From: Malacoraja senta
Taxonomy: Eukaryota
Direction of reading: 5' to 3'
DNA length: 64,000 nt
Assembly (NCBI GenBank): GCA_038087875.1
Contig: CM075993.1
Location: 2,792,001 to 2,856,000, forward strand
Part shown: positions 49,010-62,512 of the stretch, piece by piece
Position numbering within the stretch: position 1 is the stretch's first letter
Layout of the letters: each line of letters begins with the position of its first letter
Translations under genes and position numbers: made by a program
Notes under the pieces: generated by a model
What the model saw: only the letters and a program-made list of their open reading frames with translations
Database searches by the model: none
What the model was told of the DNA's origin: nothing

Positions 49010-49790
49010 ACACAGAGTGCTGGAGTAACTCAGCGGGTCAGGCAGCATCTGTGGAGAACATGGATAGGTGACGTTTCACAGAGGTGCTGGAGTAACTCAG
49101 CGGGTCAGGCAGCATCTGTGGAGAACATGGATAGGTGACGTTTCACAGAGTGCTGGAGTAACTCAGCGGGTCAGGCAGCATCTGTGGAGCGAAGGAAATG
49201 GGCAACCTTTCGGGCCGAAACCCTGAAGGAAATAGGCAACGTTTCGGGCCGAAACCCGGAAGGGTTTCAGGCCGAAACGTTGCCTATTTCCTTCGCTCCA
49301 TAGATGCTGCCGGAACATGGATAGGTGACGTTTCACAGAGTGCTGGAGTAACTCAACGGGTCAGGCAGCATCTGTGGAGAACATGGATAGGTGACGTTTC
49401 ACAGAGTGCTGGAGTAACTCAGCGGGTCAGGCAGCATCTGTGGAGCGAAGGAAATGGGCAACCTTTCGGGCCGAAACCCTGAAGGAAATAGGCAACGTTT
49501 CGGGCCGAAACCCGGAAGGGTTTTGGGCCGAAACGTTGCCTATTTCCTTCGCTCCATAGATGCTGCCGCACCCGCTGAGTTTCTCCAGCATTTTGGTCTA
49601 CCTTATCATTTATAGTGTGGTTCCGTATAGCTTACAAAGCACAGAAGTACACTGTGCCAGAGTAACTCAGCGGGTCAGGCAGCATCTGTGGAGCACATGG
49701 ATAGGTGACGTTTCACAGAGTGCTGGAGTAACTCAGCGTGTCAGGCAGCATCTGTGGAGGACATGGATAGGTGACGTTTCGGATGAGGAT
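49010..49790. repeat. 66-bp PLE-derived tandem array with nested fold-backs
   Basis: Unit CACAGAGTGCTGGAGTAACTCAGCGGGTCAGGCAGCATCTGTGGAGAACATGGATAGGTGACGTTT; sister array at 55033-55422. Confidence 0.9.
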
Positions 49791-50776
49791 TCTTCTTCGG
49801 GCTGATTGGATTTCCTGACCCGCTGAGTTCCTTGAGGATTTTGTAAGTTGTATATTGTGCCCAGTAGTAGGTACGGAGTTTGCACGTTCTCCCTGTGACC
49901 TCGTGGGTTTTTCTCCGGGCGCTCTGGTTTCCTCCACACTCCAAAGACGCGTAGGTTTGTAAGTTAATTGGCTTTGGTAAGTTGTAAAATTGTCCCTAGT
50001 GTGTAGGATAGAGTTCATGTACGGGGTGAACACTGGTCGGCGCGGACTCAGTGGGCTGAAGGGCCCTCTCAGAGAGTTGTAAATCTGTGGAATTCTCTGC
50101 CTCAGAGGGCGGTGGAGGCCAGTTCTCTGGATACTTTCAAGCGAGAGCTAGATAGGGCTCTTAAAGATAGCGGAGTCAGGGGATATGGGGAGAAGGCAGG
50201 AACGGGGTACTGATTGGAGATGATTAGCCATGATCACATTGAATGGCGGTGCTGGCTCGAAGGGCTGAGTGGCCTACTCCTGCACCTATTGTCTATTGTC
50301 TATTTCCACGCTGTATCTCTAAACTAAACTAAACTAAACTAAACTAAACACTCCTCAGGATACATACACAGCCTGCAGAACCTCCTGCGTGCGTGAGCGA
50401 GCATGTACGATTTGTTTTATTCCAGAGCTTAAACTAATACAAAGGGAAGCACTGTAACCCTTTAGTAAAGATTGCAGAACATAGAACTCAGCAAGGGTCA
50501 ACGCCTGAAGCCAGTTCCCTCCTTAGATGTGATGGTGCCGATCTATTTTACTGCAGGCTCGATTTGAGAAGGGTTGCACCTGGTATTGTCTACTGATGAG
50601 TGCTGATTACTGACTATGGTGGCTTTCTTTGTACCTGCCCATTGCTGGCTGCTGCAGTCGATATCCACCCAGCTGTGATTTCTTGCAGCCTGGCGGAAAC
50701 AATGATGGTCTAACTGTGCAACGAAGGCAAAAGGCCATGTAATCCCTCAGTGAAGAGAGGGTTTGTTGTTCTGGAG

Positions 50777-51137
50777 CAGAGCCGGATTTACCATTAGGCT
50801 TCATAGGCTGAAGCCCAGGGCCTCGAAATCTAGGTGTATAATATTTTTGACACTGTCATAGGCCTTTCTTACCTATGCTGTCACAATGCACTGTAGTCTC
50901 TAAACAACCCTTCAGTAATTTTCCTTGCCCTCCATTTCAGAATAGTAGTGTTTTAAGCCGATAACTCGACACTAGCACTGGCAATAAATAAATAAATAAA
51001 CGAAAAGCACAGTTTTACAGCCCCTTATCTCTTTGGCCATGCACGGCTGCAAATCGGTGTCAATCTGGTGGACCATCTTCCTCTAGTCGTGGGGGTGGGG
51101 GATTGGGAGGGGCCTCACAAGTGGAACAGCCTAGGGC
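50777..51137 (+). mobile_element. hAT (Tip100-like) non-autonomous element, right end truncated
   Basis: Terminus CAGAGCCGGATTTA followed by TAGGCTGAAGCCCAGGGCCTC; GGGGCCTC...AGCCTAGGGC near the other end. Confidence 0.5.
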
Positions 51138-51435
51138 GGTGGAGGCTGGTTCTCTGGATACTTTCAAGAAAGAGCTAGATATGGCTCTTAAAGATAGCAG
51201 AGTCAGGGGATATGGGGAGAAGGCAGGAACGGAGTACTGATTGTGGATGATCACCCATTGAATGGCGGTGCTGGCTTGAGGGGCCGAATGGCCTACTCCT
51301 GCACCTATTGTCTGACTACGGACGTTGTCTGTACAGAGTTTGTATGTGACCTGCATGGAATTTCCCCGGGTGCTCCGGTTTCCTCCCACACTCCAAAGAC
51401 GTACATGTTTGTAGGTTAATTGGCTTCGGTAATAA

Positions 51436-51940
51436 AAAATTGTAAATTCCTCCTCATCTCCTTCCTAAAGGAACGTCCTTTAATTCTGAGGCTGTGCCCT
51501 CTGTTCCTTGACTCTCCCACTAGTGGAAACATCCTCTCCACATCCACTCTATCCGGGCCTTTCACTATTTGGTAAAGTTTCAATGAGGTTATCCACTTTG
51601 GTGGCAAAAACGGGAAGGCAAATTATTATCTAAATGGAGTCAGGTTGGGAAAAGGGGGAAGTACAACGGGATCTGGGGGTCCTTGTACATCAGTCAATGA
51701 AAGTAAGCATGCAGTTACAGCAGGCAGTGAAGAAAGCAAATGGCGTGTTGGCCTTCATAACAAGAGGAGCTGAGTATAGGAGCAAAGAGGTCCTTCTGCA
51801 GTTTTAGCGGAGTCAAGGGATATGGGGAGAAGGCAGGAACAGGGTACTGATTGTGGATGATCAGCCATGATCACATTGAATGGCGGTGCTGGCTCGAAGG
51901 GCCGAATAGCCTACTCCTGCACCTATTGCCTATTGTCTAG
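51436..51940. mobile_element. Adjacent CR1 fragments (- then +)
   Basis: DRVDVERMFPLVGESRNRGHSL on the minus strand; QRDLGVLVHQSMKVSMQLQQAVKKANG on the plus strand, joined to a 3' UTR. Confidence 0.8.
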
Positions 51941-52269
51941 TGAGAAGGGCGATCGATGGTTGGTGTGGACTCGTTGGGAAGAAGGGCCTGCTTCCAATCT
52001 GTATCTCTAAACTAAACTAATCTGGGACATCTCCAAAAGTGAACAATTCATTGCAAGATTACACCAAGGCCAGAAATAGAAGCTCGCACTTCAGTAGCTG
52101 ACTCAGTACAAGGTTCTATCTTTGTTAAGCAGTATTAGTCGTGCCAATTACAACAGTGAGAAGACGGATAAGTGTTGCTGAGACTGGAAGCATCCCCTCA
52201 TGCAACATATGGTTTTTTTTCCCACTTGGAATCTGTGTGATCTTCAGTTGCAATGTAACAGCGCAGAAG

Positions 52270-52935
52270 GTTTAAGAAGGAACGGCAGATGCTGGAAAAA
52301 TCAAAGGGAGACAAAAATGCTGGAGAAACTCAGCGGGTGAGGCAGCATCTACGGAGCGAAGGAATAGGCGACGTTTCGTGTCGAGACCCTTCTTCAGGCT
52401 GATGTGGGGGTGGGGGGGGGGATTAAGAAGAAAGGAAGAGGCGGTGACAGTGGGCTGTGGGAGAGCTGGGAAGGGGAGGGGAAGGAGGGAGAAAGCAGGG
52501 ACTACCTGAAATTGGAGAAGTCAATGTTCATACCGCTGGGGTGTAAACCACCCAAGCGAAATATGAGGTGCTGCTCCTCCAATTTACGGTGGGCCTCACT
52601 CTGTCCATGGAGGAGGCCCAGGACAGAAAGGTCGGATTCGGAATGGGAGGGGGAGTTGAAGGGCTGAGCACCGGGAGATCGGGTTGGTTATTGCGAGCCA
52701 CATGAGTGGCAAGGGTGGGGGAATAAATTTGTGATTTGAGGAAACTGTATTGAATGTATGTATGTATGTATAGCCTCCGAGAATGTCGGATGGAGTTTTG
52801 TATAGATCATGCATTGTATATATTTATTTCTCAAAATAAAGTCTATTTTGAAATAATTTAAAAAACATATTTTTTTTAACTGAGCGGAGGTGTTGGGTGA
52901 AGCGATCGCCAAGCCTGCGCCTTGTGGAAGGTGAA
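52270..52935 (-). mobile_element. Penelope-like 3' end interrupted by a probable Tx1-type tail (~52700-52880, +)
   Basis: Minus-strand GIY-YIG C-terminus; the insert has AATAAAGTCTATTTTG and an A-rich end. Confidence 0.7.
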
Positions 52936-53734
52936 GCCTGATGCTGTGCAGTTCGATATGGAGCCACAATATATTACTGTGTAAGAAAGAACTGCAGATG
53001 CTGGTTTAAATCGAAGGTAGACACAAAATGCTGGAGTAACTCAGCGGGTGAGGCGGCATCTTTGGAGAGAAGGAATTGGCGACGTTTCTGGTCGAGACCC
53101 TGCTTCAGACTGATGTTGGGGGTGGGGGGGGGCGGAGACAGTAGGACCAGTGGGCAGAGGGGCAGGAGGAATCACAGGGGGGGGGGCTAAACTCTCGTCT
53201 GAGAGAGGAGGAGAACATCTTCAATGTAGATACACCTTGAGGAGATTTCGCAGTGGAGCCTACAAAATGTTTAAGAAAGAACTGCAGATGCTGGTTAAAT
53301 CGACGGTAGACACAAAATGCCGGAGTAACTCAGCGAACATATTAACTTTGGTAATCCTTGCGTCACTAACGCAAATCAAACATAACGTGAACAGCCAAGG
53401 GTGCAGGTGGCTACAGCAGCGGGGTGGACATTGACCTGGAACGTCACAGCTACTGACCTCCACACCATCAAAGAGTTTAGTTTAGAGATATAGCGTGGAA
53501 ACAAGCCCTTCAGCCCATCGAGTCCATGCCGACCATCGAGCAGCCAACAGCTAGTTCACTGTTATCCCATTTTCACATCTTACACACTAGGGACAAGCCT
53601 ATTCAAGTCTCCCGGCAACGCTGCCCGACCTGCATGGTTACTCCAGCACTTTGTCTTTTGCTCATATTGTTTCATTGGGTAGATGACTTATTTCCCAATA
53701 ACTATGTGAGTAGCTTGGAGAAAAGGCTACACAG

Positions 53735-54290
53735 AGTCACAGAGTGATACAGTGTGGAAACAGGCCCTTCGGCCCAACTTGCCCACACCGGCCAACATGT
53801 CCCAGCTACACAAGTCCCACCTGCCCGCATTTGGTCCATATCCCTCCAAACCTGTCCTATCCATGTACCTGTCTATCTGTTTCTTAAACGTTGGGATAGT
53901 CCCTGCCTCTGGCAGCTTGTTCCATACACCCACCACCCTTTGTGTGAAAATGTTACCCCTCAGATTCCAATAAAAAAATATTTTCCCCTTCGCCTTAAAC
54001 CTATGTCCTCTGATTCTTGATTCACCGACTCTGGGCAAGAGACTCTGTGCATCTACCCGATCTATTCCTCTCAGGGTCATATACACCTCTCTAAGATCAC
54101 CCCTCGCCCTCCTTGGAATAGAGTCCCAGCCTACTCAACCTCTGCCAAGAGCTCAGACCCTCTAGCCCTGGCAACATCCTTGTAAATCTTCTCTGCACCC
54201 TTTCCAGCTTGACAGCATCTTTCCTAAAACACGGTGCCCAGAACTGAACACAATACTCTAAATGCGGCCTCACCAACGTCTTATACAACC
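53735..54290 (-). mobile_element. CR1 LINE ORF2 3' fragment
   Basis: [41 protein letters not shown]... Confidence 0.9.
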
Positions 54291-54355
54291 TCCAAACATC
54301 TACACTCATGAATATACAGATGTATCTGCATAGACTCTGGAAGAGACAGAGAGCA

Positions 54356-54786
54356 CATCTGATCTTCAGGCCCCCTTTGGGTCGTGGCTGCCCATGGGTG
54401 TCTCCAGGGTGCTATTCCCTCTATGGAGGACGCCTGTGCGTGACTTTGTTTAACGTGGGGAGACTGGTGCACAGACAGCCACCCCACGGTCCTTGACAGA
54501 TCTGGGTCAGGATCCAGTGGCATGGAGTCCAAGACGACTGGAGACCCTTTTCTGCCGCAGCCTTCATCCGCCTTCCCAGCCGTTGTGACGCTCCACTAAG
54601 GTCAGCCATCGTCCTCCGCCTGTTCCACCGTTGAGGTCTTGGTTGGATTGCTCTTTGTCAGAGACCAGACCTCCCCCTCGACCGTACCGCCATGGGTGGC
54701 CCTACCAGGAGCATGGCTCCAGACGGCATCGCTCTCAGGATCTCAGGACCACACAAGCTTCTCCACCACGACAAGGTGACGATCCA
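54356..54786 (-). mobile_element. RTE-clade 5'-UTR-derived element, second copy
   Basis: Reverse-complement homologue of 15005-15430. Confidence 0.7.
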
Positions 54787-55032
54787 CGGACAATCCACAT
54801 CTGTGCCACCACAACAAATGGGACTGAGCGACTGCCATTTCGTGCTGGCTTCTTCGGTTCCAGGGTTAGAAAATCCATCAGCAAACCTCATCACTGACAA
54901 CAATTAACCTCCAATCGGCCTCACCATGTTTACAGCTATGAGATTGTGCAAGTGTAAAGTGGCAAGTGAGATTAAATTCAATGCCGTGAATAACAACACA
55001 TTTGTAATGTATACTGATTACACTCAAGATAG

Positions 55033-55422
55033 ACACAGAGTGCTGGAGTAACTCAGCGGGTCAGGCAGCATCTGTGGAGAACATGGATAGGTGACGTTTC
55101 ACACAGTGCTGGAGTAACTCAGCGGGTCAGGCAGCATCTGTGGAGCGAAGGAAATGGGCAACCTTTCGGGCCGAAACCCTGAAGGAAATAGGCAACGTTT
55201 TGGGCCGAAACCCGGAAGGGTTTCGGACCAAAACGTTGCCTATTTCCTTCGCTCTATAGATGCTGCTGGAACATGGATAGGTGACGTTTCACAGAGTGCT
55301 GGAGTAACTCAGCGGGTCAGGCAGCATCTGTGGAGAACATGGATAGGTGACGTTTCCCAGAGTGCTGGAGTAACTCAGCGGGTCAGGCAGCATCTGTGGA
55401 GAACATGGATAGGTGACGTTTC
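55033..55422. repeat. 66-bp PLE-derived tandem array with nested fold-back
   Basis: Same composite as ~49077-49400. Confidence 0.9.
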
Positions 55423-56538
55423 CTAGGATAATGTCAACGTGCAGGGATCGCTGGTCGGTGCGGACTCGGTGGGCCGAAGGGCCCGTTTCCGCGCTGTATC
55501 TCTAATCTAAACCTGGAATGTTTCGCAGGCTCGTTTGATAAGTCTTCAATCAGTTCTAACTTGGCCTGTCTGTTCCAAGGTCACCCAAGGTCATGCTCAA
55601 TGCCAGAGGTGTCTTTCATCACATCTAGCGTGTGATGAATCATCCTCCAAGGATCAAAATCAATCAGTACATTCAGCATCCAGTCAATGCAGACTCCCGC
55701 ACCCTCCTCCTTCACCATTCTAAGGTATGGATTAGTAACAGCTCTTCTTTAAAAGGGATCTACTTTTCCTTTGTGTACGTTCAGTTGCGCTTATTAACCC
55801 GGACACAAACACCTAACAATGGACCAGTTGTGAAAGTTGGTAAAACAGTGCAACAGCTAAACAAGGAAAGGACTTTGTTTCGTTTAGTTCAGTTTAGTTC
55901 AGTTATAGACAATAGACAATAGACAATAGGTGCAGGAGTAGGCCATTTGGCCCTTCGAGCCTGCAGTACCATTCAATGTGATCATGGCTGATCATCCCCA
56001 ATCAGTACCCCGTTCCTGCCTTCTCCCCATATCCCCTATCTTTAAGAGCCCTATCTAGCTCTCTCTGGAAAGCATCCAGAGAACCTGCCTCCACCGCCCT
56101 CTGAGGCAGAGAATTCCAGTTTAGAGATACAGTGTGGAAACAGGCCCACAAAGTCCCTGCCGACCAGCGATCACCCGTACACCGACCCACTACACACACC
56201 AGGGACAATTTTACAACTTACCAAAGGCAATTCACCTCTAAACCCGCACGTCTTTGGAGAGTGGGAGGAAACCTGAGCACCGGGAGAAAACGCAGGCGGT
56301 CACGGGGAAAACGTACAAACCCCGGCCAGACAGAGCCCGTAGTCAGGATCGAACCCAGTGGTGGAAGGCAGCAACTCCACCGTTGCGCCACTGTGCTGCC
56401 ACTAGACTTCATAAGTTCTCGGAGCAGAATTAGGCCATTCGGCCCATCAAGTCTACTCTGCCATTCAATCATGGGTGATCTATCTTTCCTTCTCAACCCC
56501 ATTCTCCTGCCGTCTTCCCATAACCCCTGACACCTTTA

Positions 56539-57045
56539 AGGGGCTGTCCCACTTGGGCGACCTAATTGGCGAGTTTAGAAGAGTATGAAAAAATGACATG
56601 TTGAAGACCTCTTTCCACTATGTTGAAGACCAGCTACGACTAGCTACGACTAACTTCGGGAAAATTGGACACCGAATAGTGGAGAGTGAAGACGACCTCC
56701 TTCGATCTCCTTCGACCTCCCTTCGACTATGATGAAGACTATCTACGACTACCTTCGACTACCCTCGATTAACTATGACTAACATGCCGACCTACTACAA
56801 CCTACTTCGACTAAACCTACGAGTAAAAAAAGGTATCGATTTTTTCCATGGCGACATTTTTTTACTCGCGGGCATTTTTCAGCATGCTGAAAAATACGCC
56901 GCGACCTAGCTGAGGCCTCGAGTACGCGGGGACCACTCTCGAGCATGAAGGAGAGTTACAGAGACCTCCTAGGACCTCGTGTCGACCTCGCGGATTAGGA
57001 ACTCGCGGAACTCGCGGATTAGGTCGCCCAAGTGGGACAGCCACT
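56539..57045. mobile_element. PIF/Harbinger-type MITE with internal CGACTA/CGACCT repeats
   Basis: TIRs AGGGGCTGTCCCACTTGGGCGACCTAAT / ATTAGGTCGCCCAAGTGGGACAGCC; left flank TTA; right tip slightly damaged. Confidence 0.75.
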
Positions 57046-57062
57046 AATCAAACTCAAAGGAT

Positions 57063-57172
57063 ATTTAAGAAGGAACTGCAGATGCTGGAAAATCGAAGGT
57101 AGACAAAAGTGCTGGAGAAACTCAGCGGGTGCGGCAGCACCTGCTGAGTTTCTCCATCACTTTTGTCTACCT
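57063..57172. mobile_element. Minimal PLE fold-back (110 bp, hammerhead deleted)
   Basis: 13-bp TSD AAACTCAAAGGAT at 57050-57062 and 57173-57185. Confidence 0.8.
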
Positions 57173-57185
57173 AAACTCAAAGGAT

Positions 57186-57370
57186 GGTTCAGTTGCCTGA
57201 TAACAGCTGGGAAGAAACTGTCCCCGAATCTGGAGGTGTGTGTTTTCACACTTCTGTACCTCTTGCCTGTTGGGAGAGGGAGTGATCGGTGTGAAACTCA
57301 TCCTTCATAATGCTGGTGGCCTTGCCGAGGCAGCGTGAGGCCTAAATGGAGGCAATGGGAGGGAGGTTGG
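57186..57370 (-). mobile_element. Rex1/Babar-like ORF 3' fragment
   Basis: Minus strand encodes GKRYRSVKTHTSRFGDSFFPAVIRQLN. Confidence 0.7.
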
Positions 57371-57594
57371 TTTCCTCCGGGTGCTCCAGTTTCCTCCCAC
57401 ATTCTGAAGACGTGCAGGCTTGTCGGTTAATCGGGGAGGGAGTGGAGGGGAAAGTGGGACAACGTAGAAACGGTGTGTGATCGATGGTCAGCATGGACCT
57501 GCTGGGCTGAAGGGCCTGTTCCCATGTGCAGGAAGGAACTACAGGTGCTGTTTTGTTTTTTTAAATATATTTTTATTTATTGGTGTAGCAGGAA

Positions 57595-57995
57595 GTGGGG
57601 GACCGCGCGTGGACCACTAGGGGACCGTGCGTGGCCCGCGAGGTCGGTCCCACGCAGATCGCCATAACCGTATGTAGTTGGTCCCGACACTGCGCGGTGC
57701 TCAGAAAAACTGACACTGTCCAAAAATCTCGGCCTGCCGCCCCGCTGCCACCTCTTCGCCGCGAGTACCGCCTGTACTCCGTAGCGCCTTGCGTTGCGCG
57801 ATGACGTCATCACCCGACGCCGTGCTCGCCTGTCATTCGCATGCTCGTGGGACCGGCCGTACGGTAAACACTCGGCAACCGCTTCCGGTTAGGTTGCTCT
57901 TGCCGCATGCTCGTGGGACAGGGCCTTAAAAAGCGCTTCCGGGGACGCCGCGCGCGCTTCACCGCCTGTTACCGCCTGCCCGTGGGACAGGGCCT
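57595..57995. mobile_element. Harbinger-type MITE remnant with two right termini
   Basis: GTGGGACAGGGCCT-TAA at 57913-57929 and 57982-57998; shares GGTCCCAC...GTATGTAGTTG with ~9510-9544. Confidence 0.6.
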
Positions 57996-58099
57996 TAAAT
58001 GTACAGGTTCAATTTTTAACTTTTTTAGCTTTGAATTAGAAGAGAAGAAAAGAGAAAGAGCAAGGAAGAGAAAAAGTGGGAGGTGCAAAGATGGGACCC

Positions 58100-58299
58100 N
58101 NNNNNNNNNNNNNNNNNNNNNNNNNNNNNNNNNNNNNNNNNNNNNNNNNNNNNNNNNNNNNNNNNNNNNNNNNNNNNNNNNNNNNNNNNNNNNNNNNNNN
58201 NNNNNNNNNNNNNNNNNNNNNNNNNNNNNNNNNNNNNNNNNNNNNNNNNNNNNNNNNNNNNNNNNNNNNNNNNNNNNNNNNNNNNNNNNNNNNNNNNNN
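58100..58299. other. Assembly gap (200 N)
   Basis: Run of N. Confidence 1.
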
Positions 58300-58748
58300 A
58301 GAAAGACTGGATAGACTTGGTTTATACTCTCTAGAATTTAGGAGATTGAGAGGGGATCTTATAGAAACGTACAAAATTCTTATGGGGTTGGACAGGCTAG
58401 ATGCAGGAAGATTGCTCCCGATGTTGGGGAAGTCCAGGACAAGGGGTCACAGCTTAAGGATAAGGGGGAAATCCTTTAAAACCGAGATGAGAAGAACTTT
58501 TTTCACACAGAGAGTGGTGAATCTCTGGAACTCTCTGCCACAGAGGGTAGTCGAGGCCAGTTCATTGGCTATATTTAAGAGGGAGTTAGATGTGGCCCTT
58601 GTGGCTAAAGGGATCAGGGGGTATGGAGAGAAGGCAGGTACGGGATACTGAGTTGGATGATCAGCCATGATCATATTGAATGGCAGTGCAGGCTCGAAGG
58701 GCCGAATGGCCTACTCCTGCACCTAATTTCTATGTTTCTATGTTTCTA
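58300..58748 (+). mobile_element. CR1 LINE 3' end (5' part lost in the gap)
   Basis: ERLDRLGLYSLEFRRLRGDLIETYK...GTGY* and tail. Confidence 0.92.
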
Positions 58749-60294
58749 GGCTGTGTAAATTTGTTGTAAAATCAACTTCTATTTCAAGATTTGGAAACGG
58801 TGGGTCGTCTAAGAAATGAGAGAACAAAGAAGGGAAGAGATTGAACTTTTTTTTCGCCTTCCATCACAGTGGGGAATGTGGAGGAGTCACTGTGGTGGAT
58901 GTTTATGTTAAAATGTGTTTTGTGTGTTCTGTTGCTTTTTATTTGTGTGACTGACTCGGCAAAAGAAGTTCTGTGTATGTTGCAAAACGTACTTGGCTAA
59001 TAAAGCATTATTGTATTGCATTCGAGTTCCCCTGGTTTCAAACGCGAATGTGAACTCGCGTGAGTGGATGAACAGCATGGACACAAAGGGGCCGAAGGGC
59101 CTGCTTCCACGTTGTCTCTTTCAATCAGTCGACGTGGGCCATTTCTGGTCCCAGTGCAGAATCCGTAGCACTCCGTAAACATTTGGAATTTGCTACTCTG
59201 GAGAGCTGTGAATGGAGCTACTAAGTATATTCAAGGATTGAATTGATTCTTGGACCACAGGGAAATGAAGGGTTGTGCTCTGTGCTAATTGTGTTTCCTA
59301 CATTGTTCCCTGTAGTCATCGTATCAATGGAGTAAATGCTATCTCTGCACAGAAAGCTCCCATGAGCAGCAACATGATAATAACCAACTAATCTAATCTT
59401 TTATGATACAAAGCCAAGGATGAATATCAATGATTCAATGATTCGAAGATATTCTATTCTCACATGCACCTTTAGTTTAGAGATACAGCATGGAAACAGG
59501 CCCTTCGGCCCACCGAGCGCGCGCTGACCAGCGATCCCTGCACGCTAGCACTATCCTGCACACACCAGGGACAATTTACAATTTTATCAAGCCAATTAGT
59601 CTATGACCTTGTGAGGCAGCATCTATGGAGAGAAGGAATGGGCGATGTTTCGGGTCGAGATCCTTCTTCAGACCCAAAACGTCGCCCATTCCTTCTCTCC
59701 ATAGATGCTGCCTCACCCGCGGAGTTACTCCAACATTTTGTGTCTACCTTCGATTTTACCAGCATCTGCAGTTCTTTCTTCCAGCATTTTACCAGCATCT
59801 ACACCCTGTAATCCTGTATGTCTTTGGTAGTACTCCAGGTGCAGTGAAATGCTTTCTTCTGCATACAATCCGGTAAAATCACACTGCAGTAGACACAATC
59901 ACCTAGGCAGTAGACACAAAATGCCGGAGTAACTCAGCGGGACAGGCAGCATCTCCGGAGAGAAGGAATGGGTGACGTTTCGGGTTCTCTCCAGAGGTGC
60001 TGCCTGCCCTGCTGAGTTATAAACAAAACTAAACTCGTTCCCATCTGCTTACTGCAGCCCGACACTGTTTCTGTCTTGCAGCTCTCTTTGGACTGTAGTC
60101 TTTAGATGTACAGCGCGGAAACAGACCCTTTGGTCCGCCGGGTCCGTGCCGACCAGCGGCACTTACACTATCCTACACACACGAGGGACAATTTACAATT
60201 TTACCCAAGCCTAATTTACCTACAAACCTGCACATGTTTGGAGCGTAGGAGGAAACCGGAGCACCCGGAGGAAACCCACGCGGTCACAGGGAGA

Positions 60295-61262
60295 ATTAGA
60301 TTAGATTTAGATTAAATACTTTATTGATCCCCTCAGGGAAATTCAGATGTGTTAAAGAAGGAACTGCAGATGCTGGAAGATCGAAGAATGCTGGAGAAAC
60401 TCAGCGGGTGCAGCAGCATCTGTGGAGCGAAGGAAATAGGCAACGTTTCGGGCCGAAACCCTGAAGGAAATAGGCAACGTTTCGGGACGAAACCCGGAAG
60501 GAAATAGGCAACGTTTCGGGCCGAAACCCTGAAGGAAATATGGAACGTATCGGGCCGAAACCCTGAAGGAAATAGGCAACGTTTCGGGCCGAAACCCTGA
60601 TGGAAATAGGCAACGTTTCGGGACGAAACCCGGAAGGAAATAGGCAACGTTTCGGGACGAAACCCGGAAGGGTTTCGGCCCGAAACGTTGCCTATTTCCT
60701 TCGCTCCATAGATGCTGCTGCACCCGCTGAGTTTCTCCAGCATTTTTGTCCACCTTCGATTTTCCAGCATCCGCAGTTCCTTCTTAAACAACCTATATAT
60801 CAGTCCCATTTCAGAATTCCCTTCTCGGAGCGAAACGTTGCCTATTTCCTTCAGGGTTTCGGCCCGAAACGTTGCCTATTTCCTTCGCTCCATAGATGCT
60901 GCTGCACCCGCTGAGTTTCTCCAGCATTTTTGTGTACCTAGGGAAATTCAGATGTCCAGAAGCCAACAGCCAACAAACCCACACATTCAGAACGAAAGCA
61001 GACAAAATATACATAAATACAATATGGACAGCACCTGAAAGCAATAAATACTTAAAAAGACCCAACAATTAACAATTAAAAATGCAAAGCATCCCCATAC
61101 AGCCCAGCGGTCCGTATTATAAAATCTAATGGCTGCAGGGGTGAAGGTTCTCCCGAACCGATCCGTTCTACAGGGCAGGGGAGAGGAGCCGGTTGTTGTT
61201 CCGTGTGCTCTTTTGCCCCATCCAGAGTTTCATGGAGGGGGTGCCCGGAGTTGTCGAGGATG
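60295..61262 (-). mobile_element. Rex1/Babar-like LINE 3' fragment hosting a PLE insertion
   Basis: Minus-strand ILDNSGHPLHETL...TPAAIRFYN; (TAGAT)n tail and TTTATTGATCCCC at the left end. Confidence 0.7.
60351..60939. mobile_element. Penelope-like fold-back with 34-bp array and captured spacer
   Basis: 16-bp TSD AGGGAAATTCAGATGT at 60335-60350 and 60940-60955. Confidence 0.85.
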
Positions 61263-62512
61263 ACCGTACAAACTCCGTACAGACAGCACTGTACATAGTC
61301 AGGATCGAACCGGGGTCTCTGGCACTGAAAGTGCCGCTGAAGATAGTCTGTGTGAAGGAATGTACTCATCCTGGGATCTGCATGGTGGAAAGTGAAACTG
61401 AGAGCTTGGGGACAGTGACTGATTTAATTCAAGCGAAGTTCCTAGTTTTTTCTATATCACCAACGCAGTCGCAGGGGGGAACGTACAAACTCCGTGCAGC
61501 CAGCACCAGAGGTCAGGATCGAACCCGGGTCTCTGGCACCACGAGGCACCGACTCTACCGGTGTGCCACCGTTTGTACGGAGTTCGTACGTTCTCCCTGT
61601 GACCGTGTGGGTTTTCTCCGAGTGCTGTAGCAGTGGTTAAGTTGATCACAACTGTTCAACCGTGAATCTGACTCGAGTTGGAAGGAACTGCAGATGCTGG
61701 TTTAAACCGTAGACACAAAGTGCTGGAGTAACTCAACGGGACAGGCAGCATCTCTGGAGAGAAGGAACGGTTGACGTTTCGGGTCGAGGCCCTTCTTCAG
61801 ATGTCTATCTACTTTCCTTTGGAGTGGTGGAACTGTGCAATGTACTGCCGAAATGACACCAAGTGCTGGAGTAACTCAGCGGGTCAGGCGTCATCTTTGG
61901 CGAACAACCATAGGCAAACGTGGTCGGGACCCGTAGGCCTCTGGTCGGGACCCTTCCTCAGTCTGAAGAAGGGTTCCGACCTGAAAGGTCACCGCGGCAG
62001 AGGCAGACACAAAAAGCTGGAGTAACTCATCGGAAAGCTGGAGTAACTCAGCAGGAATCTCACTCCCTCTGTCAAGCAAGAGTCCCAGACTTCCCAGCCA
62101 AGTTTACCTGGATATCCCGCAATTACGTTCAACTCCATAAAAGCTTCCAGCTGTCTCTTGAATTACGTGTGTTGTTCACTTATGATGGCCTCTCCCTGGT
62201 AACAAACAGTACCTCGTTCATCTTCACATTAGAAGCTTCTATTTGACCTGCCAGCTTGAGCAATACTTTTCATCTGAATAACATCAATGTGACTTGATTT
62301 GAATCAATGGAATACATCCATTTCAAATCACTTCCTAAGTGCTCATGTATAAAAATAAATGTTTTGAACATAATCATAGAAAAATAATATGAATGGTTGA
62401 ATTTGCATTTGTCCATTTATATGGCTTCTATTTCAATACTTTAATGAAGCCCTTTGCAACGGGTTTGATATATTTTCCGACATCGCTTTCTTCTCTTAGT
62501 TTAGTTTAGTTA

